Positions 1 to 13,927 of a DNA stretch of 57,446 nucleotides are shown piece by piece. The stretch lies in contig NC_068991.1 in the NCBI RefSeq assembly GCF_001194135.2, positions 44,037,660 through 44,095,105 on the forward strand, in the 5' to 3' direction. The position numbers were made by a program, and so were the translations under genes. The notes beneath the pieces were generated by a model. It was not told the origin of the DNA, searched no databases, and saw nothing but the letters and a program-made list of their open reading frames with translations. The stretch's first letter is position 1; every line of letters begins with the position of its first letter. This DNA comes from Octopus bimaculoides (taxonomy: Eukaryota).

Positions 1-47
<47 letters not shown>

Positions 48-476
48 CACATATATACATGTACACATATATACATACATATGCGTGCGCATGCACACAC
101 ACACACGTACACACATACAAATAAATGTAGTGCTCCAGCATGGGATTGATAATGATGGCTGAAATTAAAATATAAAGATTATTTCACTTATAATAATATT
201 GATTTTTACCTTTCTGTTAGAATTTTTTGTATATTTTTCTAGTTATTTAATGTTTGAGTTTTATGCTACATCTATTTATCTTAAGGAGGTGTCAGATTTT
301 TAAATAGGTTTTGATTCTTATCTGCTTTTTAATTTTACTTTCATTGATTTGCATATTCACACACACACAGACACACACACACACACACACACACATTCGC
401 ATAGCTCATGCAAATATGAAAGTGTAGGTATGTGCAAAGAATGCAAATATGAATGTGCGTACATTATGAATAGGTG

Positions 477-540
<64 letters not shown>

Positions 541-604
541 ATGTACATATATATATATGAATATATATGCAAATATGTATAAAAATACAAAACATGCACA
601 CACT

Positions 605-651
<47 letters not shown>

Positions 652-965
652 ACATGCACATTCATACAAAAGGAGAAGATGAGAGAAAAGGAGAGGGCAT
701 TTCATATTAGTTACTTGATATCCACTCTACTATCATATGTGACTGCAAAAGTTAGTTGGAATGCATTATGTATGACTGAATTTTGCAGCTGCTGATGATG
801 ATGATATTGGGCTGATGTTTTTATTTGTATAAAATTACTTTATATATAACATAATTATATATAATTTATAAATAATTTTTTACCTATCCAATATCAGCAA
901 CCTATATATTTACACCCCCCCCCCCCCCCCACACACACACATGCACGCGCACACATATGTACATA

Positions 966-2250
966 TAAGGGTTAGCTAAAAAGTTCATGGAATAACCAAG
1001 ATACTTTCATGGAATGTGACCAAATGAAGTTTATTTTTCAACACATTCCTTTGCAGTCCACTCGCTTCTTCCATCAGTGTTGCAATGCCTGGATCCCATT
1101 GGTGTAGAAGCTTTCGTCCTGTTAATCGAAAAACTCATCAACAGCAGATATGATACCATCTTCACTGTGAGTTGGTTCCCATCCAAGTGTTTTTTCATTT
1201 TAGGGAACAGATGATAGTCAGATGGGGCCAAATCAGAATATATAGGATGAACAACCAGTTCAAAGCCACAGTCACACACAGCAGCCATCAAAATGAAAGA
1301 CTTGTGTGCTGGAGCATTGTCCTGGTGAAACAAGACCCCATTTGTCAGTTTTCCTGGGCATTTGGTTTTGATAGCTTTTTGTAACTGCCTCAGCAAGTTG
1401 GCATGGTACTCTCCATTAATTTGTGGCTCTTTTGAAAATAGTCAATAAACACAATGCCTTTAGCATCTCAAAAACCTGAGGTCATCACCTTTCCTGCAGA
1501 TGAAACGACTTCAGCCTTCTTTGAAGCAGGTGAGGAAGGGTGTTTCCATTGCATGAATTGTCTCTTTTCTCTGGCTCAAAGTGATGAAGCCAACACTCAT
1601 CCTGGGTTAGGAAACATTCAAGGAAATCAGCTGGATCTGCCTGAAACATTGTCAGATTTTCCCATGTTGTGATCAGCCTGGTGCACTTTTGATCAGATGT
1701 CAGAAGACATGACACCCACTGAGTAGAAACCTTTGACATACCAAGTTCATTGTGCAGAATTTTCTCAACTCGCTCACAGGATGTGCTAGTAACATTGGCT
1801 ATTTGATACATATAGTCAATTGCCTGTCATCCATCACATGTGGTAAATGCAATCAACGTTTTCCCTGGTAGTGGCAGTTGTAGGATGTTCAGAGCTTGAG
1901 CCACCTTCAAGACTCTCCATTCCCCTCATAAATTCAGCTTCTCTCTTTTACACTTTTGATAAAGCTAGATCCTTATCACCCAATGTAGCAACCATGTCAG
2001 TATGAATGAATGTCCTTGGGAGCTAAATCCTTTTTCTGCAAGTACTTGATAACACCACGATGCCAAATTTTGTCCATTTTCAAGAGGAGTCATTACTAGT
2101 TACTTTTGAAGTCTTCTTTGAACAGTCAGATGTCAGTTTATCTGGAAAGACACAATGCAGTTATTAAGGAAAGTTGAAATTAATGCATGCAAGATTTCAC
2201 AGCTCTAGCATCACTTCTTCATAGTCAGCCTATGAACATTTCAGTATGTA
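966..2250 (-). mobile_element. Near full-length (~1.3 kb) decayed mariner transposon with frameshifted transposase
   Basis: Minus-strand ORFs give FLTQDECWLHHFEPE (first D), LFHQDNAPAH (second D) and HPIYSDLAPSDYHLF (third D, mariner YSPDLAPSD motif). Degenerate TIRs share ctxaaaxgttcat. Confidence 0.9.
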
Positions 2251-2329
2251 TATGAAATGTTTAGTAAATGTGTGTGTGTGCATGTATAGTGTTACAAATG
2301 GGAAAAATTATACATAGATAATTTCTCAT

Positions 2330-2790
2330 TCACACAACACGAATTAGAACACCGCTCTCTGGTTTTGTAAACGAAGGCTGTGTGATTTTGGTGTATGTGA
2401 CTTTTTTAAGTGAAGGCAGCATGCCAAGCTGAATGGAGAGAGTGTCAAGAGATGGTTTGGAGTCTGTTGGAAGACGATATAGAACTATGAGATTGAATTT
2501 GGTTTCAGCAATCAAAGTGAGCTACACAACATAACGAATGCAGAAGATTTCAGAGGTAAATGAAAGAACTCTTTTGAAAAAAAAGAACTCTCTAAAGAAA
2601 CTGTCCATTTGTTGCGTAAATGCTTTATTTGCCTCTTAATTAAAAGTTCGGTAATTTTGATTATACTCAATGGTTTTGCGTTGTTATTCATAGCTCTTCT
2701 GACTTCTTTGACTACTGCTTCTTCTGTTCTAAGCAAGTTGGTTTGCTGAGTGTTGCCCACATGGTCGTCTGAGCCATCAGACAACAGATT
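2330..2790 (-). mobile_element. Possible very decayed LINE ORF2 fragment
   Basis: TEEAVVKEVRRAMNNNAKPLSIIKITELLIK loosely resembles the LINE pre-RT motif EVxxAxxxxKxxKAPGxDxIxxELL. LIVLYRLP resembles an APE endonuclease motif. Confidence 0.3.
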
Positions 2791-3008
2791 GTTGTATTAG
2801 AGCCTGTTGATAGTATCAGAAGGTTGCATGTGGCATAACAATATATAATGAGATCAAAGGTCCTTCCAAAGTCATAAAATAGTAAAAGACATTTGCTCAA
2901 GATGCCACACAGTATCTCTGGTATGAAGTTCTGAACTGCACAGCCATGTGTGTGTGTGTGTAAACACACGTACACACAACAGACACACATGAACGTCACC
3001 ATTATGCA

Positions 3009-3190
3009 AGCAGTGTCCTTCATTTACAACCTTCCCTGAAAACATTCTATTTGTGGAGAAATATTACCTCACTTGGAAACAGGCAAAAGTTAATGACAGG
3101 AAGGGCATCTGGCCATAGAAAATTCACTTCAATGAATTCTGCCTGACCCATGCAAACATGGAAAAATGGTCGTTAAATGACCATGATGAT
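3009..3190 (+). mobile_element. Retroposon 3' fragment ending in an (ATG)n-like tail
   Basis: aggaagggcatc...catgcaaacatggaaaaatgg.cgttaaatga tail is shared with copies near 44340-44490, 49812-50133 and 57203-57446. Confidence 0.6.
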
Positions 3191-3390
3191 TTGTGTAAAG
3201 TCATATTAAACATACTTGAGCATACTTGGACATAGGAAGAGCTTCTGCTTGCTGTGGAAGCAGTTCCGAGAGACAATTCCCCTCCTAAATAATGTATGAA
3301 AACACATCAAGTTGTGAATGACATGTTTCTGCCTTCTTTCACTTCATCAGCTACAAATATTAAATTTATTGTGCGCACACACACACACAC

Positions 3391-3424
<34 letters not shown>

Positions 3425-4511
3425 CACGCACACACACGAGGAAAAGGATGAAGTTAATAGTGCAGTCAACTTAAAATTAGTCTTGGCTGGCATCTGTTGT
3501 TAATTTATGACATGAATAAAGAACAATTATTTATTTTTTTTTTTTCATTTTCACTGTTTTCTTTGTTTTTTAATATTTTTTTTTTATTCATTTATTTCAC
3601 TTTTTATCTTCACTTTCTCTCCTTTCACTTTTCTGCTCAAATTTTTTTCTTTTTCTTCTCTCCGTCTTTTTTCCATTTTCTTTTTATCTTTCTTTTTCTT
3701 CTTCCTTTTCTTTCGTTTCTTTTCCCATCCTTTTCTTTTATCATATTTTATATGTTTTTTTCCTGTTCTTTTCTTCCTTTCTCTCTTTCTATTATTTTAG
3801 TTCTTTTCTGCCTGCTGTGACTTCTAATTTTTGTTTTTTTATGTCACCGTGGTTGTCTTCTGTGCCCTTTTGAGGTTAAACTGAGTCATTTATCTCCTGT
3901 GGTGGGTGGATATATATAGAGTGATGGTGGAGTGCTAATTGCTGCCCTTCCATATTTTTTTAAAGATCTGACCTTAACTACACAGTGGCACTGGTGATGT
4001 TGACAGCAGGGGTGATTCTATTAAATTGGTGTTGATGGTGTTGGGTGAACAAGGTAACCCTTTTTTATCCTATTACACAGATTGGGCCAACTTTTTTTTA
4101 TAAATAGAAAGGAAAACGAGAAAAAAAATGAAAATAGAGAGGAAATAATAGTTATGAAAGAATGCAATTAAAATGCTTTAATGAAATTAGATTGATAAAA
4201 GTTTACTGCTCTGTGGTGAGGCTGGTGTTTTATTTTCTAACTGCCCTTAATTCTTCCTAATTGCACATTGTTATAATGTTACCACCACCATCACTACTCA
4301 TCCTACTCACTTGATGAGGGAACCTCTGTGCAGTTTGTTCAGATTTCTAGAAAAGCAGCCAAATCTCCCTTAAATCACACACTATTCTCTTAAGTAAAGA
4401 AGTTTTCATTGAACAATGTAACAAAAAAGTACACTCTAGTGTGCAGTCTACTTGACCATTTACATTTTAGCTTGCAGTCTACCTGGCCCTTTAAAGTTTA
4501 GCATGTACCAT

Positions 4512-4640
4512 AACCCTAATCCTTAACCCCTACCCCAAGCACAAATTCCTGACACAAACCCCAAACCTTAAACCTAAACTTAATCCCTAACCCTAAACCT
4601 AAATTGAACCCTAAGCCCTAACCCTTGTCTTAAACCCTAA
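4512..4640 (+). repeat. Degenerate telomere-like (TAACCC/TAAACC)n tract
   Basis: Repeated taaccct, aaacct and aagccct units. Confidence 0.6.
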
Positions 4641-5801
4641 CTCAGATCAGGTTATTTCACAACATTGACTACTGATACTGCAGAAGACCACATACTAAAG
4701 TAGCACCCCACAAAACATTGGATGGACATGGTTGAAATGTCTTTAATCATATATGTCCATGCTGTATCATAGCTGACCTGGGGCTCAACAGCAAATAACC
4801 TTATCCATAACACCACTATCATTATCACCACTACTCCCAACACCCTCTCTTCCACAATCACTGCTTCTGTCAATGACCATTACTACTATAAACTGAGGTC
4901 AGATAACCCAAGGACTTATGAACTTTCTTTTGGTTTTCTTCCAAACTACTCCACTATTCATCAGCTTTTTCATGAACATTTCTATATTTGCCAGTTACCA
5001 TACTTCTCTATAATTAATGCCTTTCTTATTTATTACTCTCCATGTTCATAGCCTTGTGATTTAAGAAGCTCACTGAGCAATCACATGCTTCATTTTGAAA
5101 TCATGTGGCCACCATAACCCCATGTCAATCAATGCCATGTGAGTGAAATTTGATTGATGCAAATTGCATGGAAGCTTATCCTCTGTGTGGTGGGGCAGAT
5201 AGAAGTAAAAATCAAGAAGAAGAGTACAGTGAAATTCCCATTGGGAGTGGGAAACCCAATGTTTCAGGCAGAGTCCTTGTTCAGGGTTGACAGGAGGGAA
5301 ATAAAAGAGACAGTAGAGTTTTACATCCTGTGTATTTGAGAAACTGTATGCAACTGATTCAGCCAACATTGGATTTTCCACTCTCCACAGCAATTTCACT
5401 ATTCTTTCTGTTGATTTTACTAAATAACACGCATCCTTGAATCTTTGTTGCATTAACAAAATCTTTACGTCAGAAAGGAATCTTAGATTCAGCTAGACTC
5501 ATAGCGTGGATAGTCATTCTGGATGCATAACTGACTTAATACTCAAGTCGGAAAATCAGTTCTGTCAGAACCTATAAAAGGAACTGTATTTCACAAACAC
5601 CCTGTATAGCACATTTTCTATAAATACACTACCGGATGAACGTATTTCTATGAATGTACTTGTGTATCTTGCTTTTATTAATGCAAATACTTAAAAAAAC
5701 ACCATACTCTCTCTCTTTGTCTTGTTAATTTGAATCTGTCCTTACAACTTTATGGTATTAACACTTATGATGTTTTATACAACATATGAAGTGCTGTTAA
5801 T

Positions 5802-5876
5802 ATCACTTTCAATTATAATTATTCCACCATTTAAACCATTATCACTTTCCATTTATAATTATTCCACCATTTAAAT
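5802..5876. repeat. ~39-bp tandem duplication
   Basis: atcactttc.att.ataattattccaccatttaaa occurs twice head-to-tail. Confidence 0.8.
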
Positions 5877-6157
5877 CTATACATTACAGATGGAAAAAGT
5901 AGCAAAATAACATTGTATTTATATATAATATATAATTTCTATGTATGTGTTGTATTCTCAGCATAACTTCCTAGCATTATTTTCTACACTTGATCCATTT
6001 GATTTGACGTTAACTATTACTCCTAAAAAGTAAAAGCAATCAGAACCAATTCTTTTGCCAATACACTGGAATGGATTTTTACCTTTCTCATTTAACGTGT
6101 CAACTGAAACTGCTTGTAATAATGTGAGATGATTGGAGAAAGATACATAGACAGCCA

Positions 6158-6526
6158 CAGGAGTGGCTGTGTGGTAAATAGCTTGCTTACAAACCACATG
6201 GTTCCAGGTTCAGTTTCACTGCATGGCACCTTGGGCAAGTGTCTTCTACTTTAGCCTCAGGTCAATCAAAGCCTTGTGAGTGGATTTGGTAGACAGAAAC
6301 TAAAAGAAGCTCATTATGTGTGTGTGTGTGTGTTTGTCCTCCCACCATCGCTTGACAACCAATATTGATGTGTTAACATCCCGTAACTTAGCAGTTCGGC
6401 AAAAGAGACCAATAGAATAAGTACTAGGCTTACAAAGAATAAGTCCTGGGGTCAATTTGTTTGACTAAAGGCAGTACTCCAGCATGGCTACAGTCAAATG
6501 ACTGAAACAAATAAAAGAGTAAAAGA
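6158..6526 (+). mobile_element. tRNA-headed SINE, family A, full length with central (TG)n
   Basis: Head tggctgtgtggta...ggttcagtt, body ccttgggcaagtgtcttctact, tail gtactccagcatggc...gactgaaac. Many homologues in the window. Confidence 0.85.
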
Positions 6527-7361
6527 GACAGACAGATAGACAGATAGAGAAAGAGAGAGAAATCAATAGTTGTAGCCATTTGCCATAGCTATCTGCTATG
6601 AGTAGCAAGCAGTTGGCAATGTGATAGTCAGATCTCCTAACTTTGCTACTTTTCATATTCACATCATTCAATGTTCAACTCTTTCAAAACCTATACTTTT
6701 CTAAATTACTGCATTTCATAATCCCACCTCTATGTTCACATTCCTTACTTCCCCGTATTCACCTATTTTAAAATTCTCACCCCATCATTTTCTTCACCTT
6801 CCTTCCCATAGCCATTTAAAAAAAATGTTTTATTCTGTACCCACTTCTACCTTCTTCAATACTCATACAATCTGTATATTCACTTCATTTCATAGCTCAT
6901 ATTATCACCCTTTTATCTTTGCTTTGTTCATGTAATATATCCTCAGTGATTGGTCAGTCTTTTTTTATATTTAAATCTTTGTCCCATTGAAATTATTTTA
7001 ATTTACAATTTATGATAATTAAACTGTAGCAAAATTTGTTAGGAGTTTCAGGATATCCAACAATTCAAGACAAACAATTTGTGTATAATCTGTTTGATGT
7101 GCAATATGAATTTGAGAAAGAGAGAGAGAGATTGAGTACCAGTAATTTTAGAAAATGACTGGGCATCAAAGAAGTGTTGCATAAGAGTGGAGGACCCACT
7201 TTCCTGGACAGATGTGAAAACACAAAATTTCATCTGGTATGTTATAGCTGTTAATTAAGATTGTAGGGAGCACAAAAAGTTTCTTTTCTCTGCCAAATAG
7301 TAAAAACTTTTACTATGCCACTTGAAGATTAAAAATATACAGAAGAAAATAACTTCTTTGA

Positions 7362-7392
<31 letters not shown>

Positions 7393-7989
7393 TAAGTATG
7401 CATAACAGTATTATATTATGCATATTGATTTGAATGGCAAGGTTATTAAAGCATACTTGCATATATAGAGAAGCAGATGGAATTCAATGATGAGTTTGAA
7501 GTTAACTGTAATAGAAATAGATTGAAAAGGCTTAGAAAAAGGGTTTGGTCAAACCTGAGAATATTGGATCATACAAAGTGAATTGATATAAATCATAAAT
7601 TAATTTATGGACATCTTCTTTGCAGATACTAACCGCCTACACAAATTCATATGACATACATGCACACACAAACATACACACATACATATACACTGGAATA
7701 CTGTTCCTGAATTGAGATGGTTTTGCTAGTACACATTCAGACACACTAGACTACATAAAAAAGAATTGTCTCCTGTCTTTGTTTTTTTCACTACAACTAC
7801 AATGACCTCTGCTCCTCACTATTGGATGGTCTTGTGACATACTTATGCTCACCAGACTCATTTGTTTTTCCCTTATCACTCACGACATTGTGTCCAACAC
7901 CCCAGGCCCTGCATTTAGCCAGTATACCCAATCCTTCTTCTCGCAATATCACCTCTCTGGAACTCTGTTACTACTTGTATGCTTTCTAC

Positions 7990-8200
7990 CATTGTTGTTG
8001 CTGTTGGCACTCCGACGCTTACAGCGTCAAGAGTTCCAGTTGATCCGATCAACTGAACAAAGGCAAGGCACCCAGCCATCTGAGTAGAACCTTTACTTTT
8101 CAACCCAGCCCCACCTACCTGGTGCCACTCATACCCAGCTTGCACACCACAGACTTCCATCTTTTCACAAACATATCTCGTGACAGACACCTCCTCTCCA
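7990..8200 (-). mobile_element. Retroposon 3' end sharing its tail with SINE family C
   Basis: The minus strand ends gttgatcggatcaactggaac...ggagtgccaacagcaacaac, the same 3' tail as 50476-50535, but the upstream sequence differs. Confidence 0.6.
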
Positions 8201-8898
8201 GCCTGATCTTACTACCAAAGTGGTAACTAAAAAAGTTGACCAACCCCTGGGCAGAGACGAAGGTGCCTGTCACTATACCTTCCATATGTGTCTTCCATAC
8301 TGTTTCTTTCTTCTTACCACAAGCAAACTTCTTACCACATGGCCATTACTGTGCCTTTTTGCTTATTTTATTTCTTTCTTTCCTAATGGCAGTTTCAATT
8401 TAGCACAACAGCGTAATGCAGGAACACTAAGTTGCTCCAACTGTGCATTGCCTATGTATCTCTGAATGAAATTAGACTCAATAGAAACTTGGTGAAAGTC
8501 TGTTAGAGGGACTATTTCTATACTTCAATGGTTGACATAATTTGTTACCCAATTTAACACCAACACTTGGCCTGTGAGTGCCTTTAGTGGGATCCACCTT
8601 GTAACAAGCATTCAAGCCTGGTCCTTGTTCCTTGAAACAGCCATAAATACTGCTCTTCCTTCTCTGAGTAAGTAACAAAAGAATCTAGATGGATTGGGCT
8701 ATTTAATGGTTAAATGTCATTGACTTAAGACATAGGGCTCCTGACAGTATTTAAACTACCTACTTCACAGCTAGTTGATGGCTACACTATTTATTTCATT
8801 CATCCAGCCTTTATTTTCTCTGCTTTTATGTATGTTTGTGTGTGTTTCTTTCTCTCTGTCCCTATCTTCCTCTCTCTTTCTTTTTCTCTTTCTCTCTC

Positions 8899-8935
<37 letters not shown>

Positions 8936-9557
8936 CACACACACACACCTTTATCCTCACTTCTCTATATTCCTTTTACCCCCAGCCACCCTAGAGTTTA
9001 TTGACATTTATCTTTCCTGTGTTCTCTCTCTCTCTCTCTCCTACTTTACTAGCTCCACTAGAGTTTGTTATCATTCTAAGACATCTGGTAAAAGTGAGTC
9101 AAGTCAAGGTGTGCAGCAGGTGAGGACTGCTGCAACAATTTACAAGCAACTCAAGTACTGCTCTACCCCTACCCTTCCTCCTACCCCCATTGTGCTGAGA
9201 CCCATTGCACACTATTTCATTACGCTTTCTCTAATCCCTACCCAACCACATCAATGTTCTGCCCACTATTGTTTCCCAACCTAACTTGTTCCTTTCTACC
9301 TGTTCTGTCTTATCTAAGTGTACCCTATACGGTTCTGTTTTACCCTTGTTTTCTATCTTATCTCTAGTCTTTTTTATCATTGTGAAATATTGATTTCCTA
9401 TTCGTTCCATTTGCTATTTAAAGAAATTATTGATGTGGTTGTGACAGTTGTTGTAGTTGACTTTGATGTTGATATCCTCATCAAGGTTTAAAATGCAGTC
9501 ATCCGAGGAATGTCTTTGTGGGGATAGGTGAGAAAGGTCTCTATCATTCTCTCTGCC

Positions 9558-9606
<49 letters not shown>

Positions 9607-9886
9607 TATTCATATGCACACACTCAAAAGGAAAATCTAATACTTATCTGATACAGATATATGTATCTATGTGTGTTCAAATGTGTATTTATACATACAT
9701 ACATTCATAGACATGCACACGCATATGACATACATGTGCATGCATTTATATACATGCATATGCATGTTTGTGTGAAAATATACAAGTGCATACATATACA
9801 TAATAAGTTTCATTGTAAATATTAATGAATGTAACAAATTATTGTATGTATATTGATATATACATATAGACACACACTTACACACA

Positions 9887-9989
<103 letters not shown>

Positions 9990-10999
9990 TGTATGTTACT
10001 GTGCAACTTACTAATGCATAATTTCAGCTCGTTGCACACTGAATAATGAGATGTAAATAAAAAGACAGTGACAACAACATCAACAACAAAAAAATTAACA
10101 GAATGTTAATGACTCTTTGAAATGCACAGATGCAATAGAAACTCAGCTCATGCAGAAGGTTGTGTATGTATGCACAGCATTTATAGTATATATTTGTATA
10201 TGTGTGTTTGTGCTAAATGTGGATTTGAGGATACTGATGATGTGATGCTGGATTTTCTTGTTAGTGACAACGGATGTGTTTTATAGCATAGTGTATTGAT
10301 TGCTATTTACATATTAAATGGTGTGTGTGTGTGTATGTAATGCTATATTAAAGACATGACTATGTTTTAGTTTGATTTTTTTTTCATATTACAGATGTTC
10401 ATTTTCTCTTCTTTATGTTTAATTCGGAACAATATTCCCAAATCCATTAGTCTATTAACATTTCAAGATCTTCACAGTCCCATTTTCAATATAAAGTGAT
10501 GGTTGTAATGGTGTATTGTTTGCACACTTTGCAGTAAGACACAAAGGATCTTGGAAATATTTATGATGATAGAATTATAATCATATTATTTAAACTAGAT
10601 ATATTGATAAAATTATAACCATATTATCTAAACCATGTGGGTATTTTGAAAATAACTTATGGAATGACAACCATGCCTTGCATAGTTACAGGCTGCTCTT
10701 TAGCAAGGCATAGCACTCATTCAGCCATCCTGCCAGGGATAAAGCAAAGTCCTGGGACTGCTGCATGGTGGATTGTGAAGAGGTAGCAGAAGAGCTCAAC
10801 TGAGCAAATGGTGCTTCTTATATTGATGTTGAGCAGAGGAATCCTGGAAGATCAATGGTCAGGATTGTCAAGCTCTGTCAAGAGAGAAACTGCAACACAG
10901 CCATTGAGGTGATATCCATGGTTATGTGATCAGCTAACGACAGAATCACTATGACTCAAGCACCCAATTCTAATTCATAATAATCAAAGCAGCAAGGAA

Positions 11000-11330
11000 C
11001 TAAACTAGATATGTTTATTCATTATAGCAGATGTGGAAGAACTTAAAGAAGATCATGAAAATAACTCTAACTTTACATTTAAGATCTGACATAAATTCAG
11101 ACCATAACACCATCCAATTCTTAGACACAAAAACACTAAGGAAGACTTATATATGAACAGTAATTGTGAGTGTCCTCATAAACACAAAATATTTGTAGTC
11201 AAATCCCTTCTTAGATGAACTTTTGAATTTTCAACCATCAGAGAAGATTCAAATAAGGAACCTAATTATTATATAACTCAACTAGATTAGCTAAGTACTA
11301 TTTAATCTTAACTCCTCAAATACAAAATAT
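11000..11330 (+). mobile_element. Penelope-like element RT C-terminal (thumb) fragment, decayed
   Basis: Frame-broken peptides ELKEDHENNSNFTF, NTIQFLD and NCECPHKHKIFVVKSLLR resemble the PLE RT motifs xxFTxE, IPFLD and SxxPxxxKxxxxxSLxxR. Confidence 0.5.
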
Positions 11331-11539
11331 AGACCACTAGGATATCATGGTTATAGCTCCCTTTTTATACTAGAAGGAAGAAAGAATGCACTTTCTACTG
11401 AAAAGCTACATATTTTATTAGGTAACTATAAACAGGAATGCTTTTCCTTATGCAAACATAAAGCTTTAAATTCATTTAAATTTTTACTTTACAATTCTAC
11501 CTAGATAAAAAAATAATTAATAGTCGAGTACTTCAGATT

Positions 11540-12440
11540 CATAGCTAAATGGACTCAGAAATAGAAGACGATATAGAGAAGAAGTTATGGAAGCTAAGAG
11601 ATCCTGCAGTAAGAAATAAGTTTAGAGAGTTTTTTATTGACACGTATGGGTCTAGATACTTATAGTATAGTTGACAAATGGGAATTGCTATAAAACAACC
11701 TGGTTAGGACCACACATCAGACATGCAGCTGGAGCAGACTCCCAGCCAAACTGAAGGCAACTTGGTGATTGATAAGGCAGTAAAGACTGAGAGACAGACT
11801 CAGAAAACCTAGATGGAAGGTGGTAGTAGGTATACTTGTCTAAGGGTGGGGCAGAAACTAAGAGATTTGCATGTACTATAGCATAAAGATCTGTGACATG
11901 AAGTGTTCAGGATTGTGAGACAATGTGTGAGAGAGAACTGAGACATCATTGGCAAGAAGTGTATTCAGAATAATGAAGGCATAGTCATCATCAGTATGGA
12001 AAACAAGAAAGTGATATGGAAGTGCCATTATGAGAGGTTACTGAATGTAAAAAATGCATAGGATAAAGAGGGGCTATCTCATGCTGATCCTATAGAGGGA
12101 TGAAATTTTCATAGTGGGGCAACTGCAGAGAATAAACTGCTATTCTTACTTTCATTTATTTGAAGAAGACATCTGACAAGGTACCACATTCAGTAATTTG
12201 GTGGTCACTGAGAAAACTAGGTGTAGATGGATGGTTGTGAGGGATGTATAAGCTATGTACAAAGTTGCAGTAAAAAGGAAGTTAATAATTATTTCAGTGA
12301 TCAATTTAGAATGAAGGCTGGAGTTCATCATAGTTCAGTCTTCAGTTCTCTCCTATTCACCATTGTCCTACAGGCCATTACATATAGAAATTCCCATGAA
12401 CATTACAATGTCCATGGAAACTCCTATATGCCAAATCTAC
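11540..12440 (+). mobile_element. RTE-type LINE ORF fragments, decayed
   Basis: Peptides WKLRDPA, VFRIVRQCVREN.DIIGKKC, WKCHYERLLNV, GVHHSSVFSSLLFTIVLQAI and CPWKLLYA are RT-domain motifs broken by stops and deletions. Confidence 0.8.
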
Positions 12441-12461
12441 AAATCAGTTTACCTGGAAAGA

Positions 12462-12552
12462 AACAATGCAGTTATTAATAAGAAGTGTTGAAATTAATGC
12501 ATGCAAAATTTCACAGCTATAGCATCACTCCTTTATAGACAGCCTATGAACC
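12462..12552 (-). mobile_element. Isolated 5' end of the same mariner family as 966-2250
   Basis: ctggaaag.acaatgcagttattaa...attaatgcatgcaa.atttcacagct.tagcatcact...cagcctatgaac matches 2142-2237. Confidence 0.8.
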
Positions 12553-12576
12553 ATTCAGCCCATCCTCATACATATC

Positions 12577-13230
12577 ATTTATCTTTTACCGGCTTCACTC
12601 ATTAGATGCAGTCTTGCTGAGGCATCACCTTGAAGGAATTTTAGTTGAATGAATCAACCCCAGGACATATTTTTTAAAGCCTGGTACTTTTTTAATTTGA
12701 TTCTTTTGCTGAACTGCTAAGTTACAAGGACATTAACAAACCATCCCCAAGTACAACAATATATATATATAGATAGATAGATAACACCCCACACACGCAT
12801 ATATGTATATATATAGTATACATATAGATATATATTTGCATCCATTGTTAGTGCACATACGCATACATGTATTTCTTTGTATATGAGTCTGTCTGTATGT
12901 ATGTATGAATGTATTGTATGTGTGTGTGTGTGTATATATATATTTATAGATACACACATAATATATATATTTATATGTATGCAAATAGAGTATATACATA
13001 TATAAAAATGCATATGTATGCATGGATATGTATATATATATATATATGNNNNNNNNNNTATATATATATGACAGGCTTCTTTCAGTTTCCATTTACCATA
13101 TCAACTCACAAGACTTTGGTCATCCCAAAGTTATAGTAGAAGACTTGTCCAAGGTGCCACACAATGGAACTGAACCTGGAAGCATGTGATTAGGAAGCAA
13201 AATTCTTACCACACATCCATACCCACACCT
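12577..13230 (-). mobile_element. SINE family A with greatly expanded central (TA/TG/TAGA) microsatellite
   Basis: Tail at ~12577-12755 and head at ~13071-13230, separated by ~300 bp of simple repeat. Confidence 0.75.
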
Positions 13231-13927
13231 ATATATAGACTTGTTTGTTTAGTACTTAGTGACCTTTGGAAATATGTGAAGGAAAATTCAAAATTCCGAA
13301 AGATAACAGAACTATACTTCACAAAAAAAGTCCTCAACAAAAATTAACATAACTATATATTTTTCTGAAATTCCACCTATGAGACTTCTATATGAATTTG
13401 ATTGTGTATATGTTAAAAATGATCTCAAACCATTGCTAAAACCTTTTTACCATATTGCTGTTGGACCTTGCAAAACATTCCAGATTATGAAATTTTATAA
13501 GAACAGTTGCTTTCCCCCTTCTGTACTTGGCTCTCTTTCTCCTTTAGAAAATTCTAGGCTGGTGCTTTAAAATATATTCAAAACAAAACAGCCAACCAGA
13601 AATAGATGAATTTGGAAATATTGTGACAGCATTGTGTATTGCTTTTTTTAAAATTCCTTTTTGCAGTCTGAAGGACAAATACTCGGACAAAAATCAAGAG
13701 TAGTGGCTAAAATGACAAAAACGTTCCAAATTTATTTAACCACAGAGATGAATCTTTAATTATATTAATTAATTATAAAAAAAAAAAATCATACTGTGTA
13801 TGTGTGGTGTGTGTATGTGTGCACAAATATGAACATGTACATATATAGATGTCTTTGAGTGTGTGTGTGTTTTTATATATCACGTCATCCCATAAGCTCT
13901 GTCCAATTTTACCTTTTTTAAAATTGA

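Noticed and set aside
349-665. ORFs rich in HTHT, ERER, YIYI, SLSL or VCVC, here and throughout the window, and ORFs spanning N runs
   Set aside because: They are translations of dinucleotide microsatellites or gaps, not proteins.
5070-5459. 129-aa minus-strand ORF
   Set aside because: No recognisable domain or splice context, and the length is compatible with chance or decayed repeat.
7043-7236. Possible exons: GVSGYPTI (thioredoxin-like) after tttgttAG; an 85-bp AG...GTATGT segment (NDWASKKCCIRVEDPLSWTDVKTQNF); KEVLHKSG resembling the XRCC3 N-terminus
   Set aside because: Stops interrupt the XRCC3-like frame, the phases do not fit the 17371 exon, there is no P-loop, and I found no partner exons.
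10690-10960. Possible RTE endonuclease remnant
   Set aside because: The resemblance is too fragmentary to support as a feature.
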